A stretch of 63,750 nucleotides of DNA, the filler included, from Trypethelium eluteriae (taxonomy: Eukaryota): assembly GCA_051942245.1 (NCBI GenBank). It is 5 parts of 5 records of this genome, joined end to end, with 100 filler letters (N's around TTAATTAATTAA, not from the genome) between each part and the next. Parts side by side here need not be neighbours in the genome. Positions count along the whole stretch, not along the records: positions 1 to 12,688 come from JAVECL010000760.1; positions 12,789 to 25,474 come from JAVECL010000761.1; 3 more parts are not named here. One strand, given 5' to 3'. Under the pieces are notes generated by a model, which ran no database searches, was not told the origin of the DNA, and saw nothing but the letters and a program-made list of their open reading frames with translations. The first letter of the stretch is position 1, and every line of letters starts with the position of its first letter. A program made the position numbers and the translations under genes. Positions 10,952 to 24,062 of this stretch are shown here, piece by piece.

Positions 10952-12688
10952 GGTCAATACGATCGTCTATGTGAGGCTTCTATACTTAGTATCTTGGCCT
11001 TGAACTGAGGGTTCGGGCCGTTGAGCACCTGAGGATTGAGGATGGCGAGCTCTTTGAGGCCAAAGGCACACGGAACGTGGCGAGACAGGCGTCTCGCGGT
11101 GGGCCGGAGCCCTTGTGGACTGGTTCCTTGGCGCGATCAAAATCGTAAGCGTGACTTCAGCGGAGGTACCTCGGTGAGTAGACCAACTCAAGGGTCTCTG
11201 TTTACCGATGTGGAGAAGGGATCGGGCAGGAAGCGGAAAGCAGAACTTGGAGATATAGTCTTGTTTGCGATGAGGACAGAGAAATGCTGAAGAACTGCTA
11301 AAGGTCTGCTGGATAGTAAAAAGTCTTGGATGAGCTCAGCAGCCTCTCTGACTATGCTCAGGTGGCCAGGGTACTCGGTCGCGTTTCGGGTTGTGACTTG
11401 TGATGCGGTGACCAGTAGGCAGCCGGACGGTGACCGATGAAACAGAGGTATTGGGGGAATTTACTGTCGATTCAAGAAGTCTGTGTGAATAACGTGTTGG
11501 AAGCGGTCAGGGCGGGGGGGCAATTTTGGAGAATGGCAGGTGTGGTAGTTTAGGTAGTCTTGGGCGGCGCCGCGGTGGCCTTTCACGGGACGATCTAGAC
11601 TAGAGCTCGACAGGCTACCTTGGTCATTACGGGATAATTAAGACACGTCCATTTGTCGGACCATTTCGGGCCAAAGCTATGGGGGAGGAACGGGTGCGGA
11701 CTGAGGAAGAGGCTGGTCCTCCCGGATCGGTAGTCGTTATTGGGAGAGGGCCATGGTGCGTGAGGAGCGTGAGGGACCCATTATTGCAGCAGGATCATAA
11801 GAAGAGTGGGCTGATGGATGGGCGAAAAAACAACACAGACTCGACTGGTGGGTTTAGCAAGTTACTGCGAAATAGGAAAGCAGCGCAAAGATATTGTAAT
11901 TATTAGCCAAGCCCACTGCATGGCGAACCAAAGCGGAGCCTTTGCCTGCTGCTAGGTGTGCTTTGCATCTCACTTTGTGCCTCTTTCATCATCCACGCCC
12001 ACCCGCTTTCTTCACCTCAGCTCCCACATGCACCAGTGGACCCCCATTGTCGCCCATCGTATACCTTGTACGTTATATGCTTCGCGAACAAAGGCCGCGC
12101 AGCAACGGTATTGGTCAAGCTCGCGCACATTATTTTGACTCATGCTCCTCGAAGCTTCCCCAACGCCTTCCGCCCTGGCGTCACTCCGGTGTGCGTGATC
12201 ACGACGCGCGCTGAGCGTACGGAGTAAGGCTTGGTAATCAAACCCCTTGGCTTGCATGTTCCGCGAGCCGCAGGAAAAAGCTTGACATCTGTTCGCGTCA
12301 CATTGAGACCCTGGGTGGATTGCAGCATTCTATTCAGAATGGAGATCCTCGGCATCCCTTTTACGTACGTCCGTCTACACGGCAGTCGCTGATCAATTTG
12401 GAGAGAGAGAGGACAAAGCGAACAACGAACAACTCCTTAGCATCCTTAGCATCCTTAGCACACAGCGATTGTCTTCAGATGACGATACGGTACAGTACAG
12501 GTCAGCTCTGAGCCAACGCTGTCCACAGCCCGATCATATTTCCGCGCATCGCTCGCTTGGTCGATTGGCAGAGCTCCTCTAGATTGCTGCCGTGGGCAAG
12601 TCCATCAGCGGCCTACAGCCGAAAGGCATATAGCTTTGCGGCATGCTCTTCTGGCTCTCAGGAAAATGCCTCATACAAAGTCTTGGAG

Positions 12689-12788
12689 NNNNNNNNNNNN
12701 NNNNNNNNNNNNNNNNNNNNNNNNNNNNNNNNTTAATTAATTAANNNNNNNNNNNNNNNNNNNNNNNNNNNNNNNNNNNNNNNNNNNN
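12689..12788. other. Artificial contig spacer N44-TTAATTAATTAA-N44
   Basis: Identical 100-bp spacer with stops in all six frames; occurs four times. Confidence 0.98.
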
Positions 12789-13177
12789 GTGGTGGATGTG
12801 CTATTACGTTGCTGGATCCTAAAGGTTGTGGGATGGATCATTCGGAGAGGGAAACGAAGGGCTCGGAAATTGACGTGCCACTGATGGAGAAGGGGCCCAA
12901 AATGTTGGAGAATGGTGTAGGGGGCCTGACGCAACTACAACGGGATTTAGAAGCTGAAGGATTCGAGAAGTTTGAGACAATTTTGGGAGGGGATGGTGTA
13001 GGGGTTTTGTATCCTGCAGTACTACATAATGGATCGGAGGAGAGCCAGGAAGGAGGCGAGGAGATCGATCAGGAGAAGTTCCTTAGTGTTCAGGGCAGAG
13101 ATGGTGTGGAAAAGCTTGTTGGAGTGCTTGGTCTAGGGAGGGGAGTTAGAGAGGGTTGGCGCTTTTGGACTGTCTAG
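12789..13177 (+). CDS. ERG12: Mevalonate kinase, C-terminal fragment (5' truncated by contig edge)
   Basis: Frame begins GGCAITLLDP, the end of the GHMP motif TGAGGGGC. It continues GFEKFETILGGDGVGVLYP and ends EGWRFWTV*, as in filamentous-fungal mevalonate kinases. Confidence 0.85.
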
Positions 13178-13516
13178 AGGCTGAGGTTTAAGGCGTGTTA
13201 AACGGCATTGTTTGTAATTCAAGCGTGATTTGGATTCATTTCTTATCGCTGGTTTCTGTTTCAACGGTCAAAATTTTCAGGTATTATTATTTGGACGCTT
13301 TCCTGGTATCTCAACTAGTTGTTACGTTTTCTTAGTGTAGCATCCAAATTCCTAAAAGACTGGAGACATGATAAATTAATGTTCCTTCAAATACATCCCA
13401 AGTCACTGCTCCACATGATTACCCCAAACGTTTCTTAGCCCCTCGTCAAGCGTAGTTAACATATCAGCACGTATTATACCCCTAGCTCCAACCTTCACAT
13501 CATACCGCAAATCCTC

Positions 13517-14329
13517 TCACAACATAGCCAGCCCACCCAAGACCAACCCCGCCGCACCAAATAAACCTCCCTCTACACGCCCAGCTCCCGCACTGGACGC
13601 CGCTGTCGCTGAAGATGAAGAGCCGCTCCCGCTGCCACTGCCGCTCCCAGTCGCACTACCACTGCCCGACCCAGATCCCGAAGCGCCCGTCGCGCCAGCT
13701 CCCGTCGACGTCGCATTATGGATTCCGCCAATCGACGTCGCCGTGACGGACGAGAGGGATGATGAGATAGCGGAGGAGACGGAGGAGGCGGCGGAAGAAG
13801 CGGAGGATGCCGCGGAGGAGGAGGAGGAGCCAGGTGCTGGAGTTGGGGTGGTGCCTGAGGCGCAGGAGGCGGATTGGGGGAGTTCGACGTTGTAGGGGGC
13901 GCAGATTTTGTTGGCGAAGGCGACGGAGGCTGTGGAGGGAAGGGTGTGGGAGTTAGTGGTTGGTGTTGCTGAGGATGTGGTAGGCAAGAAGGGAGAGGTG
14001 AGGACGGAATGCAGCGTCTAGGTTCGGACATACTTTGCTGATCAGCAGCATCGCAACCTTGGGAGATGCAGCAGGAGAGCTGGCTGATGAGGTCATGGTT
14101 GCCGCAGATGCACTTCACATCGAGCGTCTGGCAGCCACCGAAGCTGGTACCGATGCAATTTTGCTGTAAGAAAGGGTTTTCATCAGCTGTATGTTCCTGG
14201 CGAAACGACAGAGGGAGTTTTCAAGAAAAAGTAGGAGCGTACGGCGCAGGTCGGGATGCCGGGAGGTAGCTGTGCGACAGCAGACCCAATGATGCTCATG
14301 AGAGCGACAAGGGTGACGGGAGAAGGCAT
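13517..14329 (-). CDS. CFEM-domain GPI-anchored cell-surface protein; 3 exons
   Basis: Signal peptide MPSPVTLVALMSIIGSAVA, then an 8-Cys pattern IPTCA|QNCIGTSFGGCQTLDVKCICGNHDLISQLSCCISQGCDAADQQ|..ANKICA across two GT-AG introns. Ser/Gly/Ala-rich stalk and hydrophobic GPI signal GLFGAAGLVLGGLAML*. Confidence 0.9.
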
Positions 14330-17300
14330 TTTCAAGATAGCTGAGAGATTGAAGCTTTGCGAATGATGGAATTCGCACGCGACGAGGTGAAGGACACTTG
14401 CAGCGCGCTGTAGTAGCTCTAGCTCTTATCAAAGCCAGCGAGCCAAAATCAAGCTCCAGATGCGGAGACAAGTCGTACTTATAATGCCTCTTTTGGTTGG
14501 CGGACCAATGGCAAATGCAGGGAAATCCCGAGGTCACTCAATGTGATTGGTCGTGCTGCGTTGACCCTGCACTAGAGGCGTGGGGAAGTTCGGGGCGACC
14601 CATTCGGAAGGTCTAATTCTGCGTCTGGCCCACTGTCGGGCGTTTGGTGGAACACCGTCCTGGTGCATCATGCTGCAGCTACTTACCCAAGCTACTTGCT
14701 CTTGGAAGAATGGAATGACAAAAATCTCGAAGAGCGAGCGTTTTACGCGGTTCATAGATGAATAGTCTATCTGAAAACCGCCCATGAACATCATTCTGTT
14801 TTTCAGAGCTGGGACAACTTTGGAAAAGCGACTTGACTTCAACGGCAATTCCCGGTGCACAGTCGAACCATAATTGAATAAAATACGAGATAAGCAAGAC
14901 TGTGTGAGATGATCCGATGCCCAGACAGCAATGACAGCGGCAGATTGACAATTCTGTTGTGATACAATCGCAGCAGGAGCACTTTTAATTCACTTCTGGC
15001 GATACAAGGCGACGTTTGGAGATTTCTGATTCGAAGCTTCGCACATTGTACCTGTCGAGCGTTGATACCGCCCAGAGATTTAAATGATTACTGGAATCAT
15101 CCATACCTAAACGGCATCATTGTCGGATGATTGTAGATGAATGTATGCTCTTGATACTTCCGCATGCCAATGACGCAACTTACAGAGCAGAAGCGATATG
15201 AATCAGTAAGACTCTGCTCTTTGCATCGAACCAGCAGCGCAAATGCCATACAAAATCAATCGTATACGGAAACAGATAAATAATATACCTCGACTCTCAT
15301 TCAACTTACGAATTCTTGTCCGAAGCTGTCTCTCTTCTGTTCGGCTTTCCAAGTCGTTTTAAGTCCGCTCGTCCACGTACAAACTCAACTTCTTGGTATC
15401 AAGACTCGATCTAGTGGGTCGAAGCATCCGTTCGATCCGGGAATCGCCACGCTACGTATTCCTTGATCGAGGTGAAACGGCCGTAGCTTCAATGATGACA
15501 AAATATTTTTCAGCTTCATCAGTAGATACACATCATATTCCGGTGAAACAGCTTCGTTTAGGTAGCTTTCTGAGGATGATTACAGGGAGTGATCAATTAG
15601 GCTCGAAAAGAAAGGTGTGAGCTGAAGATAGAGGGAGACGAAGCACTATAGATGGCAACGTGGCACACACGCTACCCTAGTTTGTTACAAAAAGCGCAAA
15701 ACGCTATGCAAAGTAAGATGAGGTGCGGATGATCTTCCATTAGTGTCCCCACAGAGATGTCATCTTGGTAATAATGAACGAGTGATTAGCGAATTAGAGG
15801 CTAGCCGGACATTGACGTCGTGACAGCCACGTGGAAGGATAGTGCGTACTCTAATGCAGATTAAGATAAGCAAATACCTAGTAAGAGAGATCTGGATTAT
15901 GATTAGCTCTATTGTCGTCCGGAAAGTGCGGGAAGACTTGACTGGGAAGTTCTCCATGCTGTTGCACTTCACCGGTGTTTTGATATAATCCTTTCAGGGG
16001 TCCAGCTTTACCCATGATTCCGTTTACCTGCCCGTTTCACCTGCCTTGAATATGGTCAAAACGGCATTTATGTAGCTAAGAATAGGTACTCGAAGCTTCG
16101 ATGTTCATTCGAGCTTATGGAGTAGACTTACTCGCTCTAAGAAATCCTTGTCGAGATAGGGTTTCTACTTCATCATTTCTTGACATATCATCTTGCAAAT
16201 GCATTGGTCAAAAGCCGGACAACCCCGTTGTAGGTATTTCTGCCATCTTGCTGTTTTCTTAATAATATTTTGAGTGAACAAAAAAGGCAAAAGATTATGC
16301 CGGTAACATTTCAAATAATTTTTGAGTAACATTTGCTGTTGGGTGTAGGCGGAATTAATGCCGTTTTGGGTGAAGCTGAAACCTAAAAAAGGTTCGACTC
16401 TCGGCAGCGATTTCCTTGCTGGGCAGCGCAAAATAAAGTGCATAACCATCGGCTTCATGTATTGGCAAGTCAACGACCGACCTCGATTTCTACAACGCTA
16501 GAAGGGTATGGAAAGCCCTTGCAGAGAAAACGATCAGGGTAGATGAGATGGTGGGTAAGACAGCCATCATGCGGGGGTGTCACTGTTGCGTCTGAGAGGG
16601 TTTTTCGCGTCATGCACGCGCTGTTTGGATTGTAAATTGTCATCCCGACTGTAATATTGTTTGAGCCGGATGCCGTTATTGTTTCGGTTCTTGAAGCCTA
16701 AAGTTCGTATCTGACGGTCTCAACGTAAAGGTGTCCTTGAGCATAGTATAAATGCGGATGCAAAGTAGAAATAAGAGGCCAGAGTCAAGCCACACGGTGG
16801 CTGCCTCCCTTGCCTTACGAGAAGATTTCCGGTGTGGAGTTTAGTTGGATCTCAGAGAACGCAGTGGCGTGTTGGATAGGCCCAACGGTTTCCAGAGTAG
16901 TGCCGATCGATCTTGACGCTAAGAATGGCAAAATCATCATTGCCTGTGCCGTAGTGACCATGTTAGGTCTGACAGAAGAGCATTTCTTTCCGACGAGTTT
17001 TTTTTGCGGTCAGTCGAAGGATGGATAAGGAGGAGTATTAGAGATTGAGGCTGGAAAGTTGGCTTATTTGAAGTTCAGTAAACGTTGTGGCGCTTGTGGC
17101 TGGCGTGTTCAAGATCATCACGATGCGGCCAGTCACGCATGGGAAAATTCTGGTGCCTTGGACATTCAAACAGCGATCGTGTTAGCACCGTTAGCAGGCT
17201 CATCTGGCGTCAGGAAAATCAGCCTCGAGTATGACCTCCCCAAGGTGCCAAGGCATCTTGAAGCGAGCGCCTGGAGCTATTGCGACCCGGCAACATGGCA

Positions 17301-18011
17301 CCGCATCGCCCGCTTCCTGTCAGGGGATCAGCCGCAGTTCATTGGCCCGCCGTATCTACTGGATTGGCATGTTCAGCGCAAATGTCCCCTGGCAGGATGC
17401 GTCACTGTACAGACGCAACGAATCAGAAGCGCCAATTCCGTTTTTCTCGAACGTCCATGCTTAGAGAAAGAGAAGATTCCGCCTCACGCATTTACACGGT
17501 ACCCCACAGCCGTCTTTCTGTCGGGTTTCTAGGCTCATGATCTCTAACTTTTTCCAGCTATGATTCAACGCTGCAGTGCTCTAGAGTATGAGCAATATTC
17601 AACGGAGATTTTCGTCGTCTGGGTGCTGCGTCGGCTAGCCTCAGCATTTACCGAAATCTGCAACGCTCAAGTCCTGGTCCTAGATGGTCTCTCAATTCGA
17701 AATGGCCCCTGTTGGTATCTAAACAAGTAGCCCACGCCTCAGGCACCCATTTAAACATTGTGCGCCAGCAATTGGCTTCTACCTACACTCTAGCACTCAA
17801 CTTTGCGACTTCTGGCCTGCTATTGGGGTTGACTTGAGCACTGATGACAAGACCCACCACCTGAGCGATTATGATAAGATTCATGACACCGGCCCCTAAA
17901 ATTATGTCATTCCTTCGTTATAATAACACTCGCTGTTGACTGTCTTGACCGGATCGCTTATATACAAGCGCTCAGCAGAAGGCTGCCGTTATACCATTCA
18001 CAAGACATCCC

Positions 18012-18358
18012 ATGGAGGCCAGTATAAGACGTGAAGGTCCTTCCTCCCCTGTGCCTCGGTTTGAAGCAACAACAACAACACCGGAATACCAAGCGCATCC
18101 TCGAGAATCATCACCGGCTATTTCGCCAGAAGCCAGCATCGCGCCGACGAGACCAAAGCCTTCAGATATTCCATCCCGCACGCCTTCTTCGGCCCCGTCG
18201 CCCAAGATCTCGCCGGAGAAAATGCGTATCAGTCTAGATAGCCTACGGGCCTTCTTCTGTTGCGGTGATGAGCCTCAGCCAAGGGATCCGGGTATGTCGA
18301 TCTCCCCTTTGACTCCGCAATTTAGAAAGCTTTTGCTGATAGTCGCCTAGGGACGTGA
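18012..18358 (+). CDS. Possible small Pro/Ser-rich protein (about 95 aa) with one intron
   Basis: ATG in CCCATGG context, Pro/Ser-rich ORF, GTATGT donor at 18292 with GCTGAT branch and TAG acceptor at 18350, ending ...FFCCGDEPQPRDPGT*. No recognisable family. Confidence 0.35.
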
Positions 18359-18866
18359 CATTCCTTGCGAACATGATCGACAATGATTCATCTCTTAGCA
18401 GTCACAAGACTGCGGTCCAGGACCTGTCAACATTATCCAATCATTTGGCTCGACCGCACCGGAGCTGAAAAGGACCCAGTCATGGAGATGCGTCAACGGA
18501 GATCATGAGTCTTGTCACAATCTCTGCTTCGTCGTTTCATCCGGCATCAGCGTCATCATGTAACATTGCATCAAAAGGCGTCGTTCATTTTTATTAATCC
18601 AACCAATTTACCATCGCTGTTGGGTCATAAGGGATAGAAAAATGGGTCTTTCATTCTGGTTTATGGTGGTGGAGCTTGGGCGTATTCTCTCGTTATTTTC
18701 TTGGACTTTTTGGGTATAGACCGTTGTTTTCTTCTTTCACAGTCGCTCATTAACTGTATCAATTTATCTTGACGCTGCTCTCATATTCTCAGCTTCTCAT
18801 TGCTTCTTCGGTACTGTGCTATACATGTTTAGAGCCTTCAAACAATCAGGTGCTGGCATCCTGTTT

Positions 18867-19822
18867 TCACCTCTTGACGACGTGTTCGTGGATGAACTGC
18901 TCGACATACTGAAAATATCCAGGTTCAGCTACACTGCTGTTGTGATCTCCATTTGGCAGCTCTCTCCAGATCTTGACTGGTGCTTTGCAGGAATCGTATA
19001 ATTGCTTCATATGTGATGGAGGGACTATCTCGTCTTTAAGTCCACTGAGAAAGAGCACTGGCATCTTCGTAATGTTAGGCAGCATCTCCTCACTTGGCCA
19101 GACTTGATGACAGAAGGGTGCTAAATACCTGGCGGGTGGAAGCGCAGCAGGTATCATCTTGCGAATGCTGAGGAATGTATTTTCTAGGATCAAGGCAGCG
19201 ATGTCACCTTGCTCCTGGTTCCGTGCGGCCAGACCGATGCCAACTGCACCTCCAAGGCTCTGACCGTAGATGATAATCTTCGTACCACGAAGCTCTGCTC
19301 GCTGGCGGATGTAATCCAATCCTGTCTGAGCATCGATTGTAAGACCCTTTTCGTTGGGATCACCTGTCGACAATCCGTACCCACGATATTCCAACATGAG
19401 GACATTGGCACCAAGGCTATTCTCGAGAACTTTGGCTATAGGTACACGGTGGCCAATATTCCCAGCGTTGCCATGGAAGGTTAAAATGGTAATGTTGCGG
19501 GCGAACTGCTTATTCGATGGACGAATGAGGAAAGCACTTAAAGATTCACCATCGGGTGTTGGTATCTTGAGTTCTTCAAAATCTTGAATCCCAAATTGTG
19601 AAGGCTTGGGGACTTCGGTGCGCGCATTCAATGGTATATTGCGGGGATATATTAGTTCACTGCTACGATGTCAATTAAGCTCTTGAACGGGTTGTCCCAT
19701 GACTAGGCGGGGCCGAACTTTTGCTTGAAGTAAAGCACAGTGCTTAGTAGAGCTGCTACTCCGGAGGAGGCAAGAACTGGTATGCGCAGGTACGAAATGA
19801 AGCCACTGAGGTATGAAGCCAT
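18867..19822 (-). CDS. bem46: BEM46/ABHD13-family alpha/beta hydrolase; 2 exons
   Basis: N-terminal TM segment MASYLSGFISYLRIPVLASSGVAALLSTVLYFKQ|NELIYPRN. FHGNAGNIGHR, EYRGYGLS, nucleophile GQSLGG, ENTFLSI, DEIVPP, GDHN. Confidence 0.93.
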
Positions 19823-20298
19823 CTCAATTCTCAGTGGCGTTCGAGATGTGGAGCACCGCAGAGACGTGCCGCGCTATCCTGGGATCTCCAAAGTTTATTG
19901 TCACAGCTTGTAGGAAGAATATACGGAGATCACAGTGGTCGTAAGGACAGTCGTTTTCGAGAAGGACAGTCGTAGAGCAAGAACGGCTAATGGAAATGCA
20001 GCCTGAAATTGAGAAGTGTATACCTAGGGTGGAGGACGAACGTGGTGAAGGCTTGGCCGCGTTGCCGATCTCGAAGGTGAAGCGAGACGCGCGCTTGACG
20101 TTTGCCTAAGCTACCTTACCTACTCTAGAGCTGCACGGATGGTCACCACCTACGCCGTACACTTCAAGAACCTCAACTCAAGCGGCCCTCACGAGGATTT
20201 GCCTTTGCTACCATTTGTCATCTGGCAGCTATCGTAACATCATAAAGCGATTCAGACATTTCAATTTAAGTTTCTGCGCCGAAAACGAACTGGCCACC

Positions 20299-21248
20299 AT
20301 GCTCTATGGACAAGGCACTGGCATGCTGGGAGAAGGTAGCTTCTGCCGATTTGCTGCTTGAACAAGTCTGACTTTTCGATAGATGGCATTCACGTGGATA
20401 TGAACCACTTGAAAAATGGCGAAGTCAAGTAAGCATGCCTGGCATCATTAGAGACTGAACAATTTGCTGACTTTTGTTCCTAGTTTAGGCACATCTATGT
20501 AAGCCTTTTATTTCCGTCATCAACCAAGCTTTCCTCCAGATCCATCACCGTCTTGCTTTGTCGAGCTCCTCATAGATTCGCAGTTGACGGCAGGATAGTA
20601 TGGCTATAAACTTCAAGGACGGTGTCATACTGGGGGCGGACAGCAGAACAACCACTGGTGCCTACATCGCGAATCGAGTTACGGACAAGCTCACGCAAGT
20701 ACATGATACCATCTGGTGCTGCAGATCAGGTTCGGCAGCAGACACGCAAGCGGTAGCAGATATCGTTCAGTATCACCTCGGCATGTACGGCATCACCAAC
20801 GATGAGCCGCCTACGACCCAAACGGCAGCAGCACTTTTTCAAGAGCTATGCTACAATAACAAAGATCAGTTGACGTAGGTTATGGTCGGTATTGTCGAAA
20901 TCATCCGGCGACTAACAATTATCAAGAGCAGGAATGATAATCGCCGGTTATGATCATCGACATGGAGGTCAAGTCTACTCGATACCTGTTGGCGGCTCTC
21001 TTCACAAACAATCGTATGCAATCGGCGGTTCAGGCTCAACATACATCTACGGATACTGTGATGCGAACTGGAGAGAAAACATGACGGAGCAGGAGGGCAT
21101 CGAGTTCGTCAAGGGGGCACTGCGGGAAGCTATCAAGTGGGACGGGAGCTCAGGAGGAGTGATAAGATTGATGGTGCTCACCGCCAGAGGTGCCCAAAGG
21201 CATCTGTACCTGCCAGATCAAGGATATGCGGGCCCAGGGCCGCAGTAG
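20299..21248 (+). CDS. PRE3: 20S proteasome subunit beta1 (caspase-like); 5 exons
   Basis: Spliced propeptide ...[73 protein letters not shown]. Includes a 15-nt exon at 20484-20498. Confidence 0.95.
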
Positions 21249-22564
21249 TGAATGAGTCCGGCATTCGTACCTAGTTTTCTAGCAAGGATCCTAGTGGTGT
21301 ATAATAAATAAAAAGAAAGTCCACCTAGACCAGGTCGTAGCATGGGGTGTTTCACTTAGAGACCTTCTTTGGAGGCATGTTGCTAGTTACAGTACGGAAA
21401 GTACCAGCGGAATTGGGAATTGAGACTTTAGGAGCAAAAAGCAAAGTGAGCTGACACCGTCGGAGCGGAAGGGCGGGACGAGAGCCTATTCCATATTCCA
21501 ATGAGCGGTCGCCTCTTTGCTCGGGCCGATCCCATGGTGTTTATCTACAAGCCAATTAGTGCACTCATGTCGGCACATTGATGACAGCGGGAGATTCGAG
21601 AGTTGAGGCCCGATGGACTAAGCGTTTAGCGAGAGCTGCAACACAACAAAACTCATTGCCAGTAACAAACACAGTGCGCATGTACACCCACGTGCGCGGG
21701 TCTGTGGATGCCCAGATATTGTACGAAGTATTGGTCTTGTACTTGGTCTTGTACTCGGTCTATACGGAGTAGGTACGTATTGGCGGATACGGGCAGTGAT
21801 CTGGAAGGACGCACCGACGGGTTGCGAGGATGATCTCCAGGATGTGTGCATCGGTCGGAGTGGGCCATGGGGGGGATAGGGGGCCAAGAATAGCGAGAAA
21901 TAGGAGAACAGCAAGGTGCGATAGCGGATGACGAGCCAACGCGCCTGTCCCGCCCAGGCTTCACCATCCACACCATCCACACCATCCACGTCCCATTGCG
22001 CCTTGCTTTCTCCATCCACACTCCTCCACTGTCCCTTTCCCACCCACGACCCGCTTCTCTTCTCTGTCGCATCTCTCGACGAGTTTAATGCTCGCTTGGC
22101 CGTCCAATTTACTTTGGTTACGGTGCTGCGACGCCGAAACTCGGAGCGCGTGGAATGCTTCACGAGGTTCGTATTCTCTTTCTGTCGCTGCCACTACCAC
22201 TCGCGTCACATTCACCGCTCAGCTAGCTTTCCTTATCGCAAGATTCAACACCATCACCAAAACACCCTCGACGACCAACCCTCACGTCGGTGGAGCAAGA
22301 GTCGGCCTCGTCACCTTGTCGCAAACACCGTGGCGGAAGATCGCCAAGTAGCGTCATCTCACCCGACACTCAACCTCTTGCACCCCACAAAGCGGTGAAT
22401 CCAGACCAACATTTGCCATTGCTCTCCACATCTCGAAATCACACTCTGCATGTTCTTTGGATGAGTGGACTTACACACTCTGCTTGTGCACTGATCGTAT
22501 TACTTCACTAATCACGCTTCTTATCTCATAGATTCTCTCCCTAAGTCCTCGACCGTAGGGTAAC

Positions 22565-24062
22565 ATGGGCTCCTTGGTGATTAGCGACGTCGTCTCCCAC
22601 TTTCCCCATCAACAGGGCATCTTTGGTGGAGAGTCGCACCATTCGCACGATCCTCCCTCGGACCAACAGCCATATCGCGCGTCTACGTCATTCGCGTCGA
22701 CAGATCAACTGCGCACACGACCCTCTGCGGTTTCGGACATATCCATGACTGACGCCGCCTCAAGAGCTTCAAGCTCAGGCTATGTACCTCAACAGCAAGC
22801 AAATACGGCTGCTCGTTCCGATAATCTAAGTGCTCCATCTCACCACTCCTCACAACAAATTCCCTCGAGTCCGCGATTCGCCGGGAACCCAGTCCCCCAT
22901 ACATCTACCTCTTCACAGCCTGCTCTGCCACGAGATGCAGCTTCTGGAACCTCTTCTTCAGTGCCATCTCCGACACGCTCGATCCGATCCACAGTTGATT
23001 CAGTACCAGGAACCCCGAATCGAATCAAAGTTCGTGACCTCGCCCACATACAAAGCTTTGCAACAGAAGATGCGAGCACCTTTTCTGCAGGGTCGTCGCA
23101 GCGGACGCGAGGCCTTGACGATGTTGGACCACAATATGAGATCAGCTCCATGCCAGTCACGGATATTATTGAGATGGTGGCAGGACTCCTAACAAAGATA
23201 ACAACGACGAATGACCGTCAACATGAGCATCTGCACCGACAAATACCACCAATTGAAGGCACGACGAGCTTGAGTCAACAAACTACAAGTGTTCTGGCAT
23301 TCCACGGGAAGAACGTTCCCAGCATTACCATTCTCAGTTATTTGGCGCGGATACACAAGTACTGCCCCACGACTTACGAGGTGTTCTTGAGCTTGCTTGT
23401 GTACTTTGATCGAATGACGGAGAGAGTAAATGCGGGACCAATGCAAAGCTTGCGGCAAATGAATCAGCAGGCCTTCGATAGTAACGCGAGGATCGGTCAA
23501 CGGAGCAATAGTTCCGCCTCATCGGCCACTGCCCGAGCAGCGCCTATACCGAATCCACCTCCACCCCACACAGCGACACCTCCATCAGTGGAAGGCTCAG
23601 CAGAAGCCAGCGGACCACCAGAAATGGGATCCGCAAGGCCTGCACTGAGTCCAACGCCTCCTTCATCTGGGGGTCCAAGTCCAGAAATTGACCCCTACAA
23701 TCTTTCTCACTTCTTCGTCGTCGATAGCTTTAACATCCACCGACTAGTAATTGCAGGCGTAACGTGCGCCAGCAAGTTCTTCTCAGACATTTTCTACACA
23801 AATTCCAGATACGCAAAGGTATGTTACGATTATCTTCCTATAGGTTTGGTGTAATCTAACGGTGATGTAGGTTGGCGGCCTTCCCCTGGTCGAACTCAAC
23901 CACCTCGAACTCCAGTTTCTCCTGCTGAACGATTTCCGCCTGGCTATCCCAGCGGAGGAGATGGAGGCATACGGCACCATGCTTGTCGAGTTCTACGCCC
24001 GCGAAGTCGTTGCTCAGCAGCAGGGACGGAGAGCAATGGAGGGCATGTATCCTGCTTCTTAA
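22565..24062 (+). CDS. Pho85-type cyclin (Pho80/Pcl6-Pcl7 subfamily); one coding intron, probable 5'UTR intron about 22396-22531
   Basis: FHGKNVPSITILSYLARIHKYCPTTYEVFLSLLVYFDRM and NIHRLVIAGVTCASKFFSDIFYTNSRYAK|VGGLPLVELNHLELQFLLLNDFRL, with an intron at about 23819-23870. Confidence 0.9.

Noticed and set aside
12433..12460. Three tandem TCCTTAGCA units as telomere-like or CRISPR-like repeats
   Set aside because: No spacers, not TTAGGG, only three copies; a simple minisatellite.
12733..12744. TTAATTAATTAA as a biological palindrome or piggyBac-type TTAA site
   Set aside because: Centred in fixed-length N runs and repeated identically four times, so it is a synthetic all-frame stop linker.
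17059..17532. 157-aa ORF with a CxxC motif
   Set aside because: TTG start, no recognisable family or splice support.
21731..21990. Short tandem repeats (TTGGTCTTGTAC x2-3; CCATCCACA x3) and overlapping ORFs upstream of the cyclin
   Set aside because: Low-copy simple repeats in promoter/UTR DNA; the ORFs lack coding features.
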